A DNA stretch of 54,221 nucleotides, filler included, from Jimgerdemannia flammicorona (GCA_003990765.1; 2 parts of 2 records of this genome joined end to end with filler, not necessarily neighbours in it), one strand, 5' to 3'. Counted from the whole stretch's first letter, positions 11,745-25,335 are shown. Notes: a model not told the origin generated them from the letters alone. Program-made: numbers and translations.

Positions 11745-12913
11745 GGACTCAATGTCCCATGGATTTTTATTGAAAGGGAACCTAGACTATATAGGCCAAA
11801 ACCCTCCCCCACTACCCATCAAGCACTGCCCCCCCATTAACCTAGGCTAGCTATTGTCCAGCAGCTCGATCATACCAGGCACAGCAGGGTCTATAGTGGC
11901 TCATATCTCATTCTGTATACCATGCTCTCCCTACCACCAGGGAAAACCCAGCCATATGCCAATGACCAAAAGCGCATACCAGAGAACCCAATGTATGTAC
12001 AAGGCCATGTCCAAGCCAAATAGAATTGCCCCTGCCACTCCAAAGAGAATGACAGGCAAAGAAAAAACCCTCATCAAAGCACAACATGATGGGTAGGGCC
12101 TGGTTCTCTCAGTTAAGATGAGTAAAGAACTTACACGTAAGGTGGGAGGAGACCCCCAATACCCCACTACTCAAGCCTGTGGGCCTCAATCATGTTGCCA
12201 TATCAGTTCCTAGTTCCAGTTGAGTGGAGCTAAGACATCTGAAATGGGTAGCCTCGGGCCCCCTGACCCCCCCCTGACAACTGGAGCCCAACCTACTGAA
12301 TCACCAAAAGAAGCTGAGAGTGACACCTATCACCTAACCATGCTACACCAATCAAAAGGCCCCACTGAAGCAGTACCCACCCCAGCTCCAATAACTGCTC
12401 CTAGCCTAGTACCTTACTGGTTTACCGTTATCACCCTTCCTCCTATCTGTGATGGCCATCTCTCCTCCCATCCCAACAACACCTGAAAAGCAGTCACCTA
12501 CACCAGAACCATGCTTGCCAGGAAGCTCACCAAAGCCAAAGGGCCCCACTACAGGCACTGAGGACCTGCAAGTAATCTACACTGAGCACTTGATGCCCAA
12601 GGTCAGCTGACTCTCTACATAGTCCAAGACACACTGAGACAGCACCTTGTTGGTGATGGCAAAAGGAAGAAGGTGCCACACCAAAACAGATGCACTCTAG
12701 ATACAGCCGAAGGCACCAGATACTGCAAAAAAGTAGAGAAGACACTGATCTGATACTGATAAAGGGGCAACTCATCACCATTGCCTCCCTCCCACTACTC
12801 TGCAACAGGCACAGCAAACCAACCCAAGGTAGAGAGAGTAATAATTGTAGAAGTGGACTCAGAAGGTTGTCTACCAAACCATTGAGATTAGTAAGGTAGC
12901 AGAGAAAGGGGTG
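11701..12913 (-). mobile_element. LINE E: 5'-truncated non-LTR retrotransposon
   Basis: Poly-T at 11701-11741 and a 16-bp TSD AGAGT(G/A)AATAAATCTC at 11685-11700 and 12914-12929. AATAAA precedes the tail on the minus strand. Confidence 0.9.
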
Positions 12914-13589
12914 AGAGTAAATAAATCTCAATCTGAAAAGTTCTAAGTAAAAGATAAGTCTGTCTTATACTCTTTAAGAGATATACCTACCAAAAGCCAC
13001 TTGATCTAGAAAGGATTGAAATACTTAGGAGAAAGATCCACTCTATTACTAATTATTAGGAGATTGTAAGCTTTCTTTTCTAATTTAGTTCACTTTTTAA
13101 TACAAAGAAGAGAAGTCCATCATCTCTTGCCTAAGCCAGTCAATGAGATATACTTTTATAGTAAACTTATTCATATAAACAAAGCAGTTAATTGATATAA
13201 CTTTACTAAGAGAAGTCTGCTAATTTTGCCCTACTTATCAGATTAAGTCTGAATTTGAGAACTCTGTCAATTTTGGTCTATTTTCCAATAAAGTTAGAAT
13301 TATTTGCCCAAAGTTTAAATAAAGAACTTAACTATAATACATATCTAGAAAAATCCACTAGATATAGAATCTGTATTATTAGAAAATAATCTACTAAATA
13401 TGTCTCATTATACTGAATCTGCCTAATTAGGAAACTGCTGAAATTATCTATATTATATACTATCTGAACTTGTACCAGAAACTATTGAACATTTTGTTAG
13501 TTTTTAACAAAATAACTAGAGGCTTAAGCCAATCTACATAGTAGCTTCAACCTTGTAATTTATCTCTATTGAGTTAGATACATTATGTT

Positions 13590-13607
13590 TGGGGGCACAA
13601 CTGAGAG
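13590..13607 (+). promoter_or_regulatory. PBS of relic H, tRNA-Pro-like
   Basis: TGGGGGCACAACTGAGAG resembles the canonical tRNA-Pro PBS TGGGGGCTCGTCCGGGAT, allowing for deamination. Confidence 0.7.
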
Positions 13608-15443
13608 AATTTTTTTTGAAATCTATATTACATTTTACCTCATAAGAACCTAAAAGTCAAACTAGATATATTTGATATAGTACCAATCTCTACTATAGGA
13701 GAACAAATCATCAGCAGTATTTGAACAGAAAGAGGAGTAATTACCTCAAGATTTGCCAACTATTCAGTATTAGAAAGATCTCAACCAAAAGCTAGTATAG
13801 TTCAAAATTCTCAATCAGCATTACTTTAATCACCAAGAGTATAGCTTATAAATATCTCAGAAGTATCAGCAGACTCATCACTAAGAGATCTGACCCAGCC
13901 AGATAATATAGAAGATTCTGTCTAAAACTTTAACAAACTTATATAAGAGCTTAAAGATCACATTACCAGATTTCAATTTCTCTTAGAAGTTTTACCTATC
14001 TTATCCATATCCAGACTAGCAAATTCTCTAAGCTTAGTACCTTCAAGAATACTAAAGACATTTCAGTACTCTAAAGACTAAGCATATATCTTTCAATTCT
14101 ATTAATTACAATAGCTTAACTAGACTCAGTATATCTATAATAAGTGAAACAGACTTAGAAACTGAAGAAATACTAGAAGACAGTGATAACAAAATAACAG
14201 TACTACTAACTATATTTATATAATATTCAAAAGAAGACTCAAGGAAATTTCTAAATACCTTTAAAAGACAAATTACAGTTTTTGAAGTACAACTCTGAGA
14301 GTCAGCCAAAGGAATCTTTACCAGAATATTAAATAATTAAAACTCTGATCTAGATAAGTTAAGCCAATATACACTATTATGCAGACCAATCTGAAGCCAT
14401 CTCTCACTAGCTTATTGAAAGTATACAAGTATAGAAACTTATTACAAAGTTTAAGAATCTATTATAAAAATAAAGATTAATCTTAAAGAATTATTATATG
14501 TATTCTTAATAAGAATTTAGAAGAGAATATATACTACCAGATTCAGTACTACTATTTAAGATATTATTGATTTAATAATCTTTATAAATAGAATTCCACT
14601 CAATATTACTCAGTATATCTGTATACTTAGTATTATGAAATCTAGTGAATAAGTAGATACAGCCTAAGAATACTTTAATGTTAACTAAGAAAACACTTGG
14701 AATAATAATAAGAAGAAGATAAGAATGACCTCTTGGTCAAGACTCTCTAAAGAATCCTCTAAAAAAACCCAATAGAAAAGTAGTCCACAAAAGAATAAAA
14801 GAAGAATAAGAATGAAATCTAAGACCTTATCTCTAAACTAGACTAATTGATTGAGCAAATTGAAAAACTCACCATATGTGAAAATGAGAGATACATACAA
14901 GACAATAGAGAGTATAAACTATAAAGGAACTAAGATTATCTACCAAGAAATAACAGGAGCTACTAGCTATAAAAGAGAGAAGATACTCACTCTGAGATAG
15001 AGCTCAAGTCTAATGCTTCTACTGTAGACAGTTTTGACACTATGCTATAAAATGTAACAATAGAAAAAGTAACTGAAAGAACTCAGAACTATCATAAAAC
15101 CTAGTATAAGAAGACTAAAGCCCACTCTATAAAAGACTTTGAAGGGACAGATAATGAAGACAACATTGATCTGAACCTATATCTGACTAAGATCATATCT
15201 ATAAAAACAGTCAACTATATTAAAAAAAGAAATGATCCATAGAAAGACCATCCAGAAGAGTAGGCAGAAGAACAATCTAGGAAGAAGATAGAGAAGATGA
15301 AGAACAGCTGGTTGAAATAACTCCTTAGTCTTCATTATCTTTTGTCTCTAAAACTATAACCTAGAAAGAAAACCTTCTATCTAAAGATAGAGAAATAGAG
15401 CAGAAAGAATAAGACTAAGCTTTGCTTGGTTTCAGACCATTTC

Positions 15444-15640
15444 AGAGTCGGTTTATAATATTCTGAAAGCATTGGCATGCTATATTTTGTCTTAGATATA
15501 TTGGTTTTATATAGAACTGTGAATTTATCTATCTAAGACTTATATATGAGACTTTGGGTAAAACTAGAAGTGAAATATAGTAATAAAAGAGTGTCTCAGC
15601 TCTCATAGAGTTCCCTTAGCTGTTTGGAAAGCTTGGCAGT
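15444..15640 (+). repeat. Left inverted terminal repeat of DIRS I
   Basis: Reverse complement of 25669-25863 (e.g. TAGTAATAAAAGAGTGTC / GACACTCTTTTATTACTA). Confidence 0.92.
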
Positions 15641-15679
15641 TCACCTTCTTCCTTTCAACCCCCAAAACGTTTTTTTCTA

Positions 15680-16868
15680 ACTATGAACCATGAACAACTT
15701 CAACAGTAACAGCAACAGGCCACCTTGGCTGAATGGGCTGAGTTTATTTGACAGATTACAGAAGTGGTCACAGTCTACCTCTACTCTATTCTGCTATCTA
15801 GCTATCACAATTATGTAAATGTGAACAACAGCAGGTCATCAATTCTCTCTTCCTCCAACAGACCAGATATATCAGGGGCCCAGCTCCTGGATCTAATGGA
15901 CAACCTGATGGTATGGATAATGATACCTCTATCAATAATGATAGTAGCAATGAGAAATTCCTCATCACAATAAGAATAAAGGTTATTGGCCATTTTACCA
16001 TCTCATCTACCTTTACTGATATTATTTCTACAAAATGCATCCTTGTATACCTCACTCCCCCCAGCCTCAGAAAGCTTATTTGCTGCAATCCAGAGTCCAA
16101 GGGTAGTATCTTTCAAACTCTCACTATTAACAAGGCATATTCCTTAATGATTTTCCCAAAGCTGCTCAGGATGCTAACCACATCTTCACTGACTCATAAT
16201 ACATAATCTACAATATACTCTGCCCCATTGTCATTCTCCTCCATATACTTAAGCCATAGAGTGATGGGGCCAATATTCATCAAGACTTAGTCCATAAAGC
16301 TATCATTGTCTCCATAGTGAGAATCCTTCAAATTCCCTCTGGATCAGATTCTATGAAGCTGAAAGCATCTGCATCTACTGATATATCAACCTTACCAAGG
16401 CTGCTGGATAGTCCTCCACTCTTATCTCCATATGCTATATAGTCATCTTTAGTTCTGAGTATGATGGTGATCCCTTTAGTACTGATTTTGTCTACTATTT
16501 TCATGATGATGCCAAATATCAGAAGTACTGACTTATGGTCTAAATGGCCTTCAGCAAGCCCTCTACTCCTCAGAATAACTCCTTCTCTACCTATGGCAAA
16601 TTCACCTCCAGAAGCCAGGGCTGGGGAAATAGATCTCAGAGTAATCAATGCTCTGACTTTCACTACTCTCAACAATCCTCTCAGAACTACACTCCAAGTT
16701 AATGAGGAAGCTTCTAGAGCTGGACCCTAGGGCCAAGTACATCAACAACTACCACCAACCCCTAAAGGATTCTCCTCTATATCACTCACTAGTCTCAAAG
16801 GTGCCCAATATCTCCAAGATAAGTATCTGACTGACTCAAGTCCCTGAATTGGTTTGGCAGATATTGAG
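15680..16868 (+). pseudogene. gag-like ORF1 region of DIRS I
   Basis: Lies between the left ITR and RT and contains fragmentary ORFs. No diagnostic motif was recognised. Confidence 0.5.
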
Positions 16869-17605
16869 TCAATGTTTTTACCATTATGTCAATCTACACT
16901 AGGGAGGCATAACTATACTACATTTTGTATAATATCAACTATGCTATGCTCATGTGATATCAATCTTCATGATAAAACACCAATAACCCCATATCACTGC
17001 ATCACCCCAAAATCCTAGGAAAGAAACCTCAAATAAATGAATAATTGTTCTGTATTTGGGTGGAAACACATGGTATAAAAGACTGGCCCAACCACTATGT
17101 ATATATATGTAGGGTGAGGTGGGTGGTAATGAAATGCATATGAATGTATGGAAGCACAAAAGCATAAGTGTAAAGTGCATATGAAGTAATGTTGGGTGAA
17201 TGGTAGAATTACATATAGAAGTAATGTGCATACTACGCTAGTACCAAAAAAGGAGACTAGGCCTGATTTAGAAATGCCTTAGACAAACAATGGCATTGAA
17301 ACATTTTGGGTGCTATATGCCCAAGACCTTCCTGCATTTATTAACCTGTGGTCTCGAGCGAACCCCCTCATTCAATGTTTTTGCTGTAATGTCGATCTAT
17401 GCTAGGGAGGTATAACTATACTACATTTTGCATAATATCAACTATGCTACACTTATGTGATGTCAATCTTTGTGATAAAACACCAATAACCCCATGTCAC
17501 CAAAATGACCATGCATCACTCTGAAATCCTAGGAAAGAAACCTCAAATAAATGAACGATTGTTCTGTATTTGGGTAGAAACATATGGTATAAAAGACTGG
17601 CCCAA
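16869..17605 (-). repeat. Ngaro 3' split direct repeats B2 (16869-17091), A2 (17127-17372) and B1 (17372-17605)
   Basis: B1 and B2 align (TCAATGTTTTT...AAAAGACTGGCCCAA). A2 aligns with 22318-22563. Confidence 0.93.
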
Positions 17606-17786
17606 ATGTTATATATAAAATGTGTAGAATGATGATGTGTAGCAGGGTGAGTTGGCAGTGCCAAAAGAAAGAACTCAGCTCAAATAAAGTAAAAAGGGGG
17701 GTTATGGATGTGGAAATGTGAGTAGAGTAGAAGATAGAAAGGTGCCGAAGGCTTAATAGAAAGGCCATGCTCAATGTCGATGATAT

Positions 17787-18152
17787 GGCTGATGTCGCGA
17801 GCCACATGATTAAAACCGAGGGCAGGTATTGCAAATCATGTGAAAGCCAAGAAGCTAATTTAATGAGCCCAGTGATTGAGGGATAGAACTGGTGTCGCGA
17901 GTTGTATGAGGGTCCAAGTAGGCTGGTGTTGTGAGCTGCGCAATAACAAAAAGAAGGAGGGCTGGTGTCACAAGCCACGCAATGTCAGAAAAGGTTGGTA
18001 TCATGAACTATGTGGTGGCAAGAGGCTGAGGTGGGTGGATTAAAGACTAGTGTTGTGAGCTGCATGGTGATATAAGGCCGATAAGAAGAGATAAAGGCTG
18101 GTGTTGTATGCTGCACAGGACCTGGAATAAGCTGGTGTCGTGGGCTATACGG
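17787..18152. repeat. Array of about ten 23-bp repeats (inferred consensus GGCTGGTGTCGCGAGCCGCGCGR) with unique spacers
   Basis: Copies start at 17787, 17821, 17853 (degenerate), 17887, 17921, 17960, 17993, 18045, 18096 and 18130. Confidence 0.8.
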
Positions 18153-18259
18153 TAGAAAAAGAGGAATGGGAAAATTGTTAACTGCACATAATATGAGTAG
18201 CAGAACAAGTATTACAAGTTAATGAAGCCCAAAGGTGGAGAATGCGAGAAATAGGTATG

Positions 18260-19200
18260 TGAATATAGCCTTTAAATGCCACACTCTCCCACTGACCTAA
18301 CATCTGAATCTTGTAATCAGATAAGCCAGCCACAGTGGCATTGGATGTTGTGCCAATCCAAAAACTATGCTCGGCATAAAGAAATGGATTCAGACTAATC
18401 CATGGAAGTAATACACAAAGACGACTAACGAGATAGGCCCAAGAGAATGATCAATTCATAGAATGCTAGAACAGAGGGGTGTCGGGTGGGGCTGGGTGTA
18501 CCAGGTAAAGAAGGTGAAGTAAGGATACAATGCATGGCGTGGCAGGATCTGTTTTGGTGATAAAAAGTGATACACTCTGGCAAAATGAGTCTGTTTTAGA
18601 GGCCGGCAGGGTGAGTATAATATGGGTGGGGTTGGCAATGCTAGGTTGAAAGACCACAGAGCCGCAGGACAGCTGGGAAATGGGATCAAAAGACCCATCC
18701 CACATAAATTTGCCGGAGCAAAGAAAACTGACATATGCAAGTGACATTGTGGTCGCAAGGTGCAGATCATCATAATCAGATAGCCAAAGCAGACTGATAA
18801 GACTGCGAAGAATACTGAGCATGATAGGAAGCCGAGGTTGAGTTGGGCATATGCCTAGCCACAACTTCATACCACGCATCACTTGGAGAAGTTGGTGAAG
18901 ACCAATGAATGGATTGGCAAAGCTGGAGTCGATGTGTAAAGAATGAACAGCCGAGAGGTAATGTTTGATTGTGGATGGTTGAAGCTGTCGCAAGGCCAAG
19001 CTACAGACCCACTGCATTAGCACCAGTTTGGACATGGGCAAAGGCCCACCGGAGGCATGATTACCACCATAGAGATTGCAGAATTGGAGGAAGCTGTGTT
19101 GTCCTGAAGAGTATGAGTGGCACATTGATTTTGCCAGTCTAAACTACAAAAAGAAGGCAACAATGGGTGGAAGTATGGAATGCATATAATACCAATCATG
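18260..19200 (-). pseudogene. Tyrosine recombinase of Ngaro J
   Basis: STIKHYLSAV, AYVSFLCSGKF (catalytic R>C), LPASKTD, EHSFWIGTT (HSFRIG) and IQMLGQWESVAFKGYI (GRWxS...Y). Confidence 0.9.
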
Positions 19201-20750
19201 GTCAGGAGCATCTGAGCATAAGGGGCAAGACAATAGAAATGAGAAAGATCAGCATGGGATAAAGCATCAGCAATACCATTATCAGATGTTGAGATGAATA
19301 TGTCATGAAGTTGAAAAGCGTGATGTGCCATTTGAAAATAGAGCTGGCAGAGAAGTTCCAGCAGAAGAGGGTTGCATGAAGAGCCCAAGTTGATAATAGC
19401 AATGACTGCCTAATTATCAGAATGAAGCAATATATGGTGAAAACGCCATTGAGTGCCCCAGGTAGCAGTGGCAGTGACCATGGCATAAAGTTCCTTAAAC
19501 TGAATATTGTGTGAGGCTATATCGAGAGGCCAGGGAGTGGAAAACCATTTACTATTGAAATGTGCACCAAAGCCTTAGATCCTGCTAGCATCCATCCATA
19601 ATTGTACATCAGGCTCGTGGAACCATGCCACCAGATGTATAATGGAAATACTATTCCAGTAGGATAGGAATTCGAGCCACCAATGAATGTTGGTGTAGAA
19701 TTCCTCATTTAGTGAGATATGGAATGAGGCATTGCTAGAAAGAAGGTTGATAAACTACTGCAGGAATGGGTGGCCCAGCAGAATGATTTTACAGGCAAAT
19801 GCCAAGGAACCAATAAGCGACTACAGTTGAGAGTGTGTATATAACGTGTGCGATAGCCACTGCTGAAGAGTGGCAAGCAATGTATCAAGCTTGCTGAGAG
19901 GCAGGCGAGCTTCCATAGCTATTGTATCCAATTCGATGCCCAGAAAGATGAGTGATATTGTTGGGTCTTCGACCTTGTGCTCTTGAATTGATCAGCTGAG
20001 ATGATGACAGATGGAAAGAAGTAAACATATGTCAGAGAGGGCAAGCAGCCAGAATGGTGGTGAAACAAGAAGAAAATCATCAATGTAATGGATAAGCAAG
20101 CATATGTCATGATGGTGGGTGATCTATGTGAGAAGTTCCATGAAAAGGTTGAAAAGAAATGGTGACAAGGATGCACCAAAAGGAGCAAACCGATTGAAAT
20201 AAAACTGCCCTGACCACTTGAAACCCAGAAACTCCCAATCCATAGGATGGATGAGAATATGATGATATATATTGGTGAGGTCGACCTTCAATAGAAGACA
20301 TCTCTGGCCAAAATGACAAACTAAGTCCAAAGCCTTGTCAAACTTAATGTAAGTGAGCCAGAAGGTGTCAGTATCTATGCCAGCATTTACTGAATCACTA
20401 TGATGGGGCCAAGAAAGGTTGTAAATACGATGCCATGCACTATTAGAATTCTTCTTTGTAATGGTGCTGAGAGGAGATGAGTGAAAGCATTCGAATGGAG
20501 GGGATGAGAATAGACTACAAATTCTACTGGCAGTGACTTCTCGCTCAATGTCAGATGTGATCGCTTCTGGGTGGTTGAGAGTGGAGCGATGATTGTAGGA
20601 CAGCAGGCACTGACAAGGCCCATCAAAGCCGAGAAGAGTGCCTTGAGTAATAGTGGTGATGGCAGCCTGAGCTACCTGCAGGTCAGGATATAACTGGAGC
20701 TCATGCACCCATGCGACAGGGTAAAGAGCAGAAGAAGGAAGAGGAAAACG
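19200..20750 (-). pseudogene. RT/RNase H of Ngaro J
   Basis: KVDLTNIYHHILIHPMDW, APFGASLSPFLF, HYIDDF, MDAS, KELYAMV and NGIADALS motifs. Confidence 0.92.
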
Positions 20751-20869
20751 ACATAGAATGTCTTGAGCAGCTTCATTAAGAGGGGTGGTAAATGGGTGAT
20801 GGAGTAGGGTATTTGGAGCGGCCAGGGGTATGTGTAAAGAATAAATGGAGGTGAGTTCCTAGGGGTGAG

Positions 20870-22310
20870 ACAATAGATTGTAGGAGCATCGATACCATGG
20901 ATGATCACCATTGCAGTGAGAACAAGAATGCACATAAGGGCATCCTTTTCTGTTGCACCCAGGATCCTTCATGGGTGATTCATTGAATAGAATGCCATTG
21001 TATGCTCAACAAGTAGACCATTGAGAGGCATTCCCAGAAGATGGAGCAGAGGAGCCATCAGTGAGATGTAGCCCCTGTTGTATATTGCAAGACTTGAAGG
21101 ACTTAAGTGGATTAGATGTAGAGGTCAGAGTTCGTGGACGTTGATGTAGACTAAGGATCATAAAGAGGTCAGGGTCGCATTGGGCCCAGTGCTCATACCA
21201 TATCAAAGAAATACCATTGTTTGCGATCTCCGCCAGTCATTTTGTGTAAAAGGAGACATGATAATTGAGAAGCACGGACCAATATGATGATGTTGATAGT
21301 AAAATAAAATCCACGACATATGAAAAGAATGGAGTAGGATTGGTGAGGCCCGGGTATGTATCATGAAGAATGCTGAAATATGTAAATGGGGTGGCGAGGA
21401 AAGCAGAGATGTCCAGAAGATCTTTGATAAGAGATGGCAGCTTTCGAAGAATGATCTGAGCACCCGATTCATCAAACGTTTCGATGAATTGAGCATCAGG
21501 AAGACCATCGATAGAAACAACATTTCACTCCAAGAAATGGCCAAGTGATATAGTGGTGAACGAATTGTTGATGACTGTGGCCAATAGCCATTGATTAACA
21601 TGGGCATATTTTAAAGAGAGATTGACACCTCAGACAATGGTATGGGCAGAGATAACAGAAGGAGGTATAGAGATAGACTCACCCTGGGGATTACCGGCAG
21701 GGCCATGAATACCAGTGGACCAAACTGAAGGGATAGTCAGTAAGGGCTGAGATGAGGATGGGGATGCAAGAACTGCTGAAAGAGAGGCAGTAGCATGATC
21801 GATAAAGACTTAATTGATGATGGGAGACACATCCTGACCAGAAACAGCAGGAACTACACTAGTCAGTGCCACCAAAGATACGATGTCGGGGTGAGAGCAT
21901 AAAAGCTGAAAAAGTTCATCAAACTGATGGTCTTGCACAGATACATGCTCTTGGAGCTGAGCAATGCTGGCTTCAATGGAATCATCAGAGGCCAGTGTGC
22001 TGAAAAAAGCTGGTCTGGCTGCCGTAGTGCTAGCGGGAGCCTTGGATGTGGCATGCACTGATAGATACATGATTCGGTGGGGTGCAGAAGTAGAGTGATC
22101 AGGGAGGGTGGTGAGATAATCCATGAGGATAGCAATATCGGGGTTCTTGCTATCAGATTCCAGGTTGTCTTGCAGAAAGCGGAGCACATGCTCAATGAAA
22201 TTAACATCCAAGTGGAAAGAGCAGGTGGCAGAGCCCAGGTTGTGTTGGCCCTTCGACATATGGGAAGGGTTGTATCGACACAAAAGGCAGGAATTTGCAG
22301 AGAGGACCAT
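20870..22310 (-). pseudogene. gag-like ORF1 of Ngaro J with C-terminal zinc finger
   Basis: ATG at 22310 directly after A1, and CNRKGCPYVHSCSHCNGDHPWYRC at ~20885-20960. Confidence 0.8.
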
Positions 22311-22317
22311 GGGAATA

Positions 22318-22563
22318 TAATGAAATGCATATGAATATATGGAAGTGCAAAAGCATAAGTGTAAAGCACATATGAAGTAATGTTGGGTAAATAGTAGAAT
22401 TACATATAGAAGTAATGTACATACCGCGCTAGTACCAAAAAAGGAGACTACATCTGATTTAGAAATGCCTTAGACAAACAATAGTATTGAAACATTTTGG
22501 GTACTATATGCCCAAGACCTTCCTGCATTCATTGATCTGTGGTCTCAAGTGAGCCCTCTCATT
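22318..22563 (-). repeat. Ngaro 5' repeat A1
   Basis: Direct repeat of 17127-17372. Confidence 0.95.
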
Positions 22564-23965
22564 ATCAACTACTGAGGGAATGATACAGCCCATGGTAAGA
22601 TATATATCAACTAGACAAACCTCTCAACTCCACTATATATCTAGCCCTACATCTTATATTAATGAGACATGACTACTATAGAGAAGACCCTAATAGACAC
22701 TGCTGTCCAGGACTTCTATAACAAAGAGGTCATCTATGAGGCCCATTCCAGAGAAGAGCTCTTCTTTTTCAGCATCTTCACTATTCCCCAGATCAACAAG
22801 AATTGGGTCTGTCTTGATATATGTTTACTGAATAAGTTCATATAGTGATTATACTTCAAGATGGAAGGTATTCAAATGCTCCACTACATGGTATACTCAG
22901 GGAACTTTCTCATCAAGATAGACATCAAGGCTACATACCTCTATGTCTCTCTTCACCCTACTGACTAAAGATTTCTGGTCTTTCAATAGTAATAAATCAA
23001 CTGAAAATTTCAGACCATACTATTCAGCCTATCTCTGGCCCCTCAGAATTAGATATAGATAATGGCCACTGTTCTGAAACCACTACTGCAATATGGTACC
23101 TCACCTACTATATTGACAACATTTGCATCCTGGCCTTCAGTTATAATGAGGCTGATCACTATGACCAGTTGGTTTATAATTATCTGAAAACACTGGAGTT
23201 CCTCCTCCATCTGACAAAATGTGCATAGGACCTCAAGCAAGTTCAGACATTCCTTGAGTTCCTGGTAGACACCAATGCCATAGAGCTATTCCTACCCATA
23301 GACAAGATATGCAAGATCTACAAGAAGACAGCCTTTCTTCTTTGTCTGGCCTCCAAATCCAGTATCCTGATCTGTAAGGTGGTCTCTCTTTGGTCTATAC
23401 AACTTCATGACCCAGGCAATTTTTTCTGCTCACTTCTATATCTGGATACTGATCTATGATATACAGACTGCTTGATTAGAACAGATGGATGATACTCCTT
23501 CCAGTATTATTGACTGATCTCTGCTGGTGGTCCCATAAACTGCTGGGATGAAATGGCCATTCTCTCTCACTGAGGTTCCTAAGATCATGGTGGATATAGA
23601 TGCCAGTGATGTGGGATGAAGCTTCAAGATCTCCTCCTCCACTACCAATATCAGTCAAATAGTATGATAAGTGGTTAGCACCTAGACATTCTCAGAATAC
23701 TGCCTGTCTATTAACTACTATGAGCTGAAGATAGTTCTCTTTGCCCTACAGATCAACTCACACCATTGGCAGTACTACATGGTCCTGGTCTGAATAGACA
23801 ATATTATCACATAGGTATTCATCAACAAACAAAGGGGCTCTCTTCACTATCTCTATACTATTACAGTATATATTCATCTGATCTGTACAATACACTATAT
23901 TTATCTCTTTACAGAATATCTCCTGGGTTCAGAGAACCTGTGAGCAGACTTTCTGAGCCACCTGC
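22564..23965 (+). pseudogene. RT/RNase H of DIRS I
   Basis: FKMEGIQML, KIDIKATYLYV, FSLSLAP, YIDNI, IDASDVG, INYYELKIV and ADFLS motifs. Confidence 0.88.
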
Positions 23966-23974
23966 ATCCTGATC

Positions 23975-24330
23975 CCAATGACTGGAAGCTATATCCAGTG
24001 GTCTTTCAGTATCTATATCACCTATAGAGCCCAATCTGGCTCAACCTATTTACCTCCTAAATGACCATACAGACTCTACTCTTTTACAGCTAGCAGGCTG
24101 ACCCAAAGGCTTTGGGGATAGATGCTTTTTGATACTATTGACCTCCAACCAGGGTGTATATGAATCCTCCTTAGATTCTGATCAATTGTACCCTATACAA
24201 GATGAAGGAGGACCAATGCTCTCACCTCATCCTTATTATTTCCTTCTGGCCACAATAGAACTGATGGCTCAAACTCCTGGAAATAGTAATTGTCTCCCAA
24301 ATTTTCCTTCCACATTGGGCTCTGACAGCA
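23975..24330 (+). pseudogene. N6-adenine methyltransferase-like (MT) domain of DIRS I
   Basis: DWKL...NLFTS (DLFAS), DPKALGIDAF and YMNPP* at 24163-24174 (NPPW with TGG>TAG). Confidence 0.8.
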
Positions 24331-24399
24331 GCAATATAGATACAAGCAACGCTGATGCACTATTGAGATGCCCTTACTTGATTGATCAGTGATACTCCC

Positions 24400-25335
24400 C
24401 AGACACCATGATGCTGACAGAACTAACTCACAACCTTATCTGAGCCAGTATCCAGACCTCTTCTCATAAGAATCATAAGTTTGCTTACTAACACTATGTT
24501 TATTGATATCATTAATGATATATTGATCACCTTTATACTTCTATTGAGCAGCAGATGAATTGTCTCACTCATCTCTTTTATGAGAGCATGAGCACTCAAC
24601 AATACTGAGGCATTTGTACTACCATTAACTGATGGACCCATACTGTCAACAGTATCTAATTCTCCAAACTCTCCATGATCTCTCACCTTATCCAGAAGGC
24701 AGACAACTTATGCCCCCCTCTACCTAAGGATAAAACTCAATGGTGGGACATTTCTGTCCTTATCCACTGGCTAGCCTCTTTAGGCCCCTTTGACTCTATT
24801 GAGCAGTGGGTCCTGTATGGCAAGAAAACTCATACCCTTCTAGTACTTTATATATTATAGCATAACAAAAGTGATTTTGCTCAATATTAGATAATGGTGG
24901 ATTTCTGGGGCAGCCAAGTAGACTGGCCTGCTGAAATAGTTCTCACAGCAGACATAACTAAGAAATATATACCCAACTCTTTCTATAAGACCACCCACTC
25001 CATCTCTGCACTTCTGGAGAATAAGGATATATACCCAGTATATTGAGTACCACTGGATACATGAAATGGGACCCCTATGACCACCATAGCAAAGACTGCC
25101 TTTTCATCAGTATATACTCTCCCCATTATAACCTAACCACAGACTATCTCCACAACTGGTTCTCAGAATATATAGTGGCTGCTAGTATCAACCCTATCCA
25201 TCACCCTTATTCTGTTTAGGTGGAATCCTCTACTGAGATATTGGAAGAGAGAACTCCCATCAATGAAGTTCTAGAGAGCAGGAATTGGAACTCCAAGACC
25301 ACTTTTGAATATTATTACCATCTATTTCATAGGTT
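24400..25335 (+). pseudogene. Tyrosine recombinase of DIRS I
   Basis: C-terminal PYSV*VESSTE...NWNSKTTFEYYY matches HSxR...GxWxSxxTFxxxY. Confidence 0.8.

Larger units (their letters stand above)
16869..22563 (-). mobile_element. Ngaro-type tyrosine-recombinase retrotransposon (element J) nested in DIRS I
   Basis: Split direct repeats in the order A1-ORFs-B1-A2-B2 on the minus strand, plus gag zinc finger, RT, RNase H and YR motifs. Confidence 0.93.

Noticed and set aside
17787..18152. CRISPR array
   Set aside because: Eukaryotic retroelement context, no cas genes, degenerate repeats and short irregular spacers. Kept as a non-CRISPR array.
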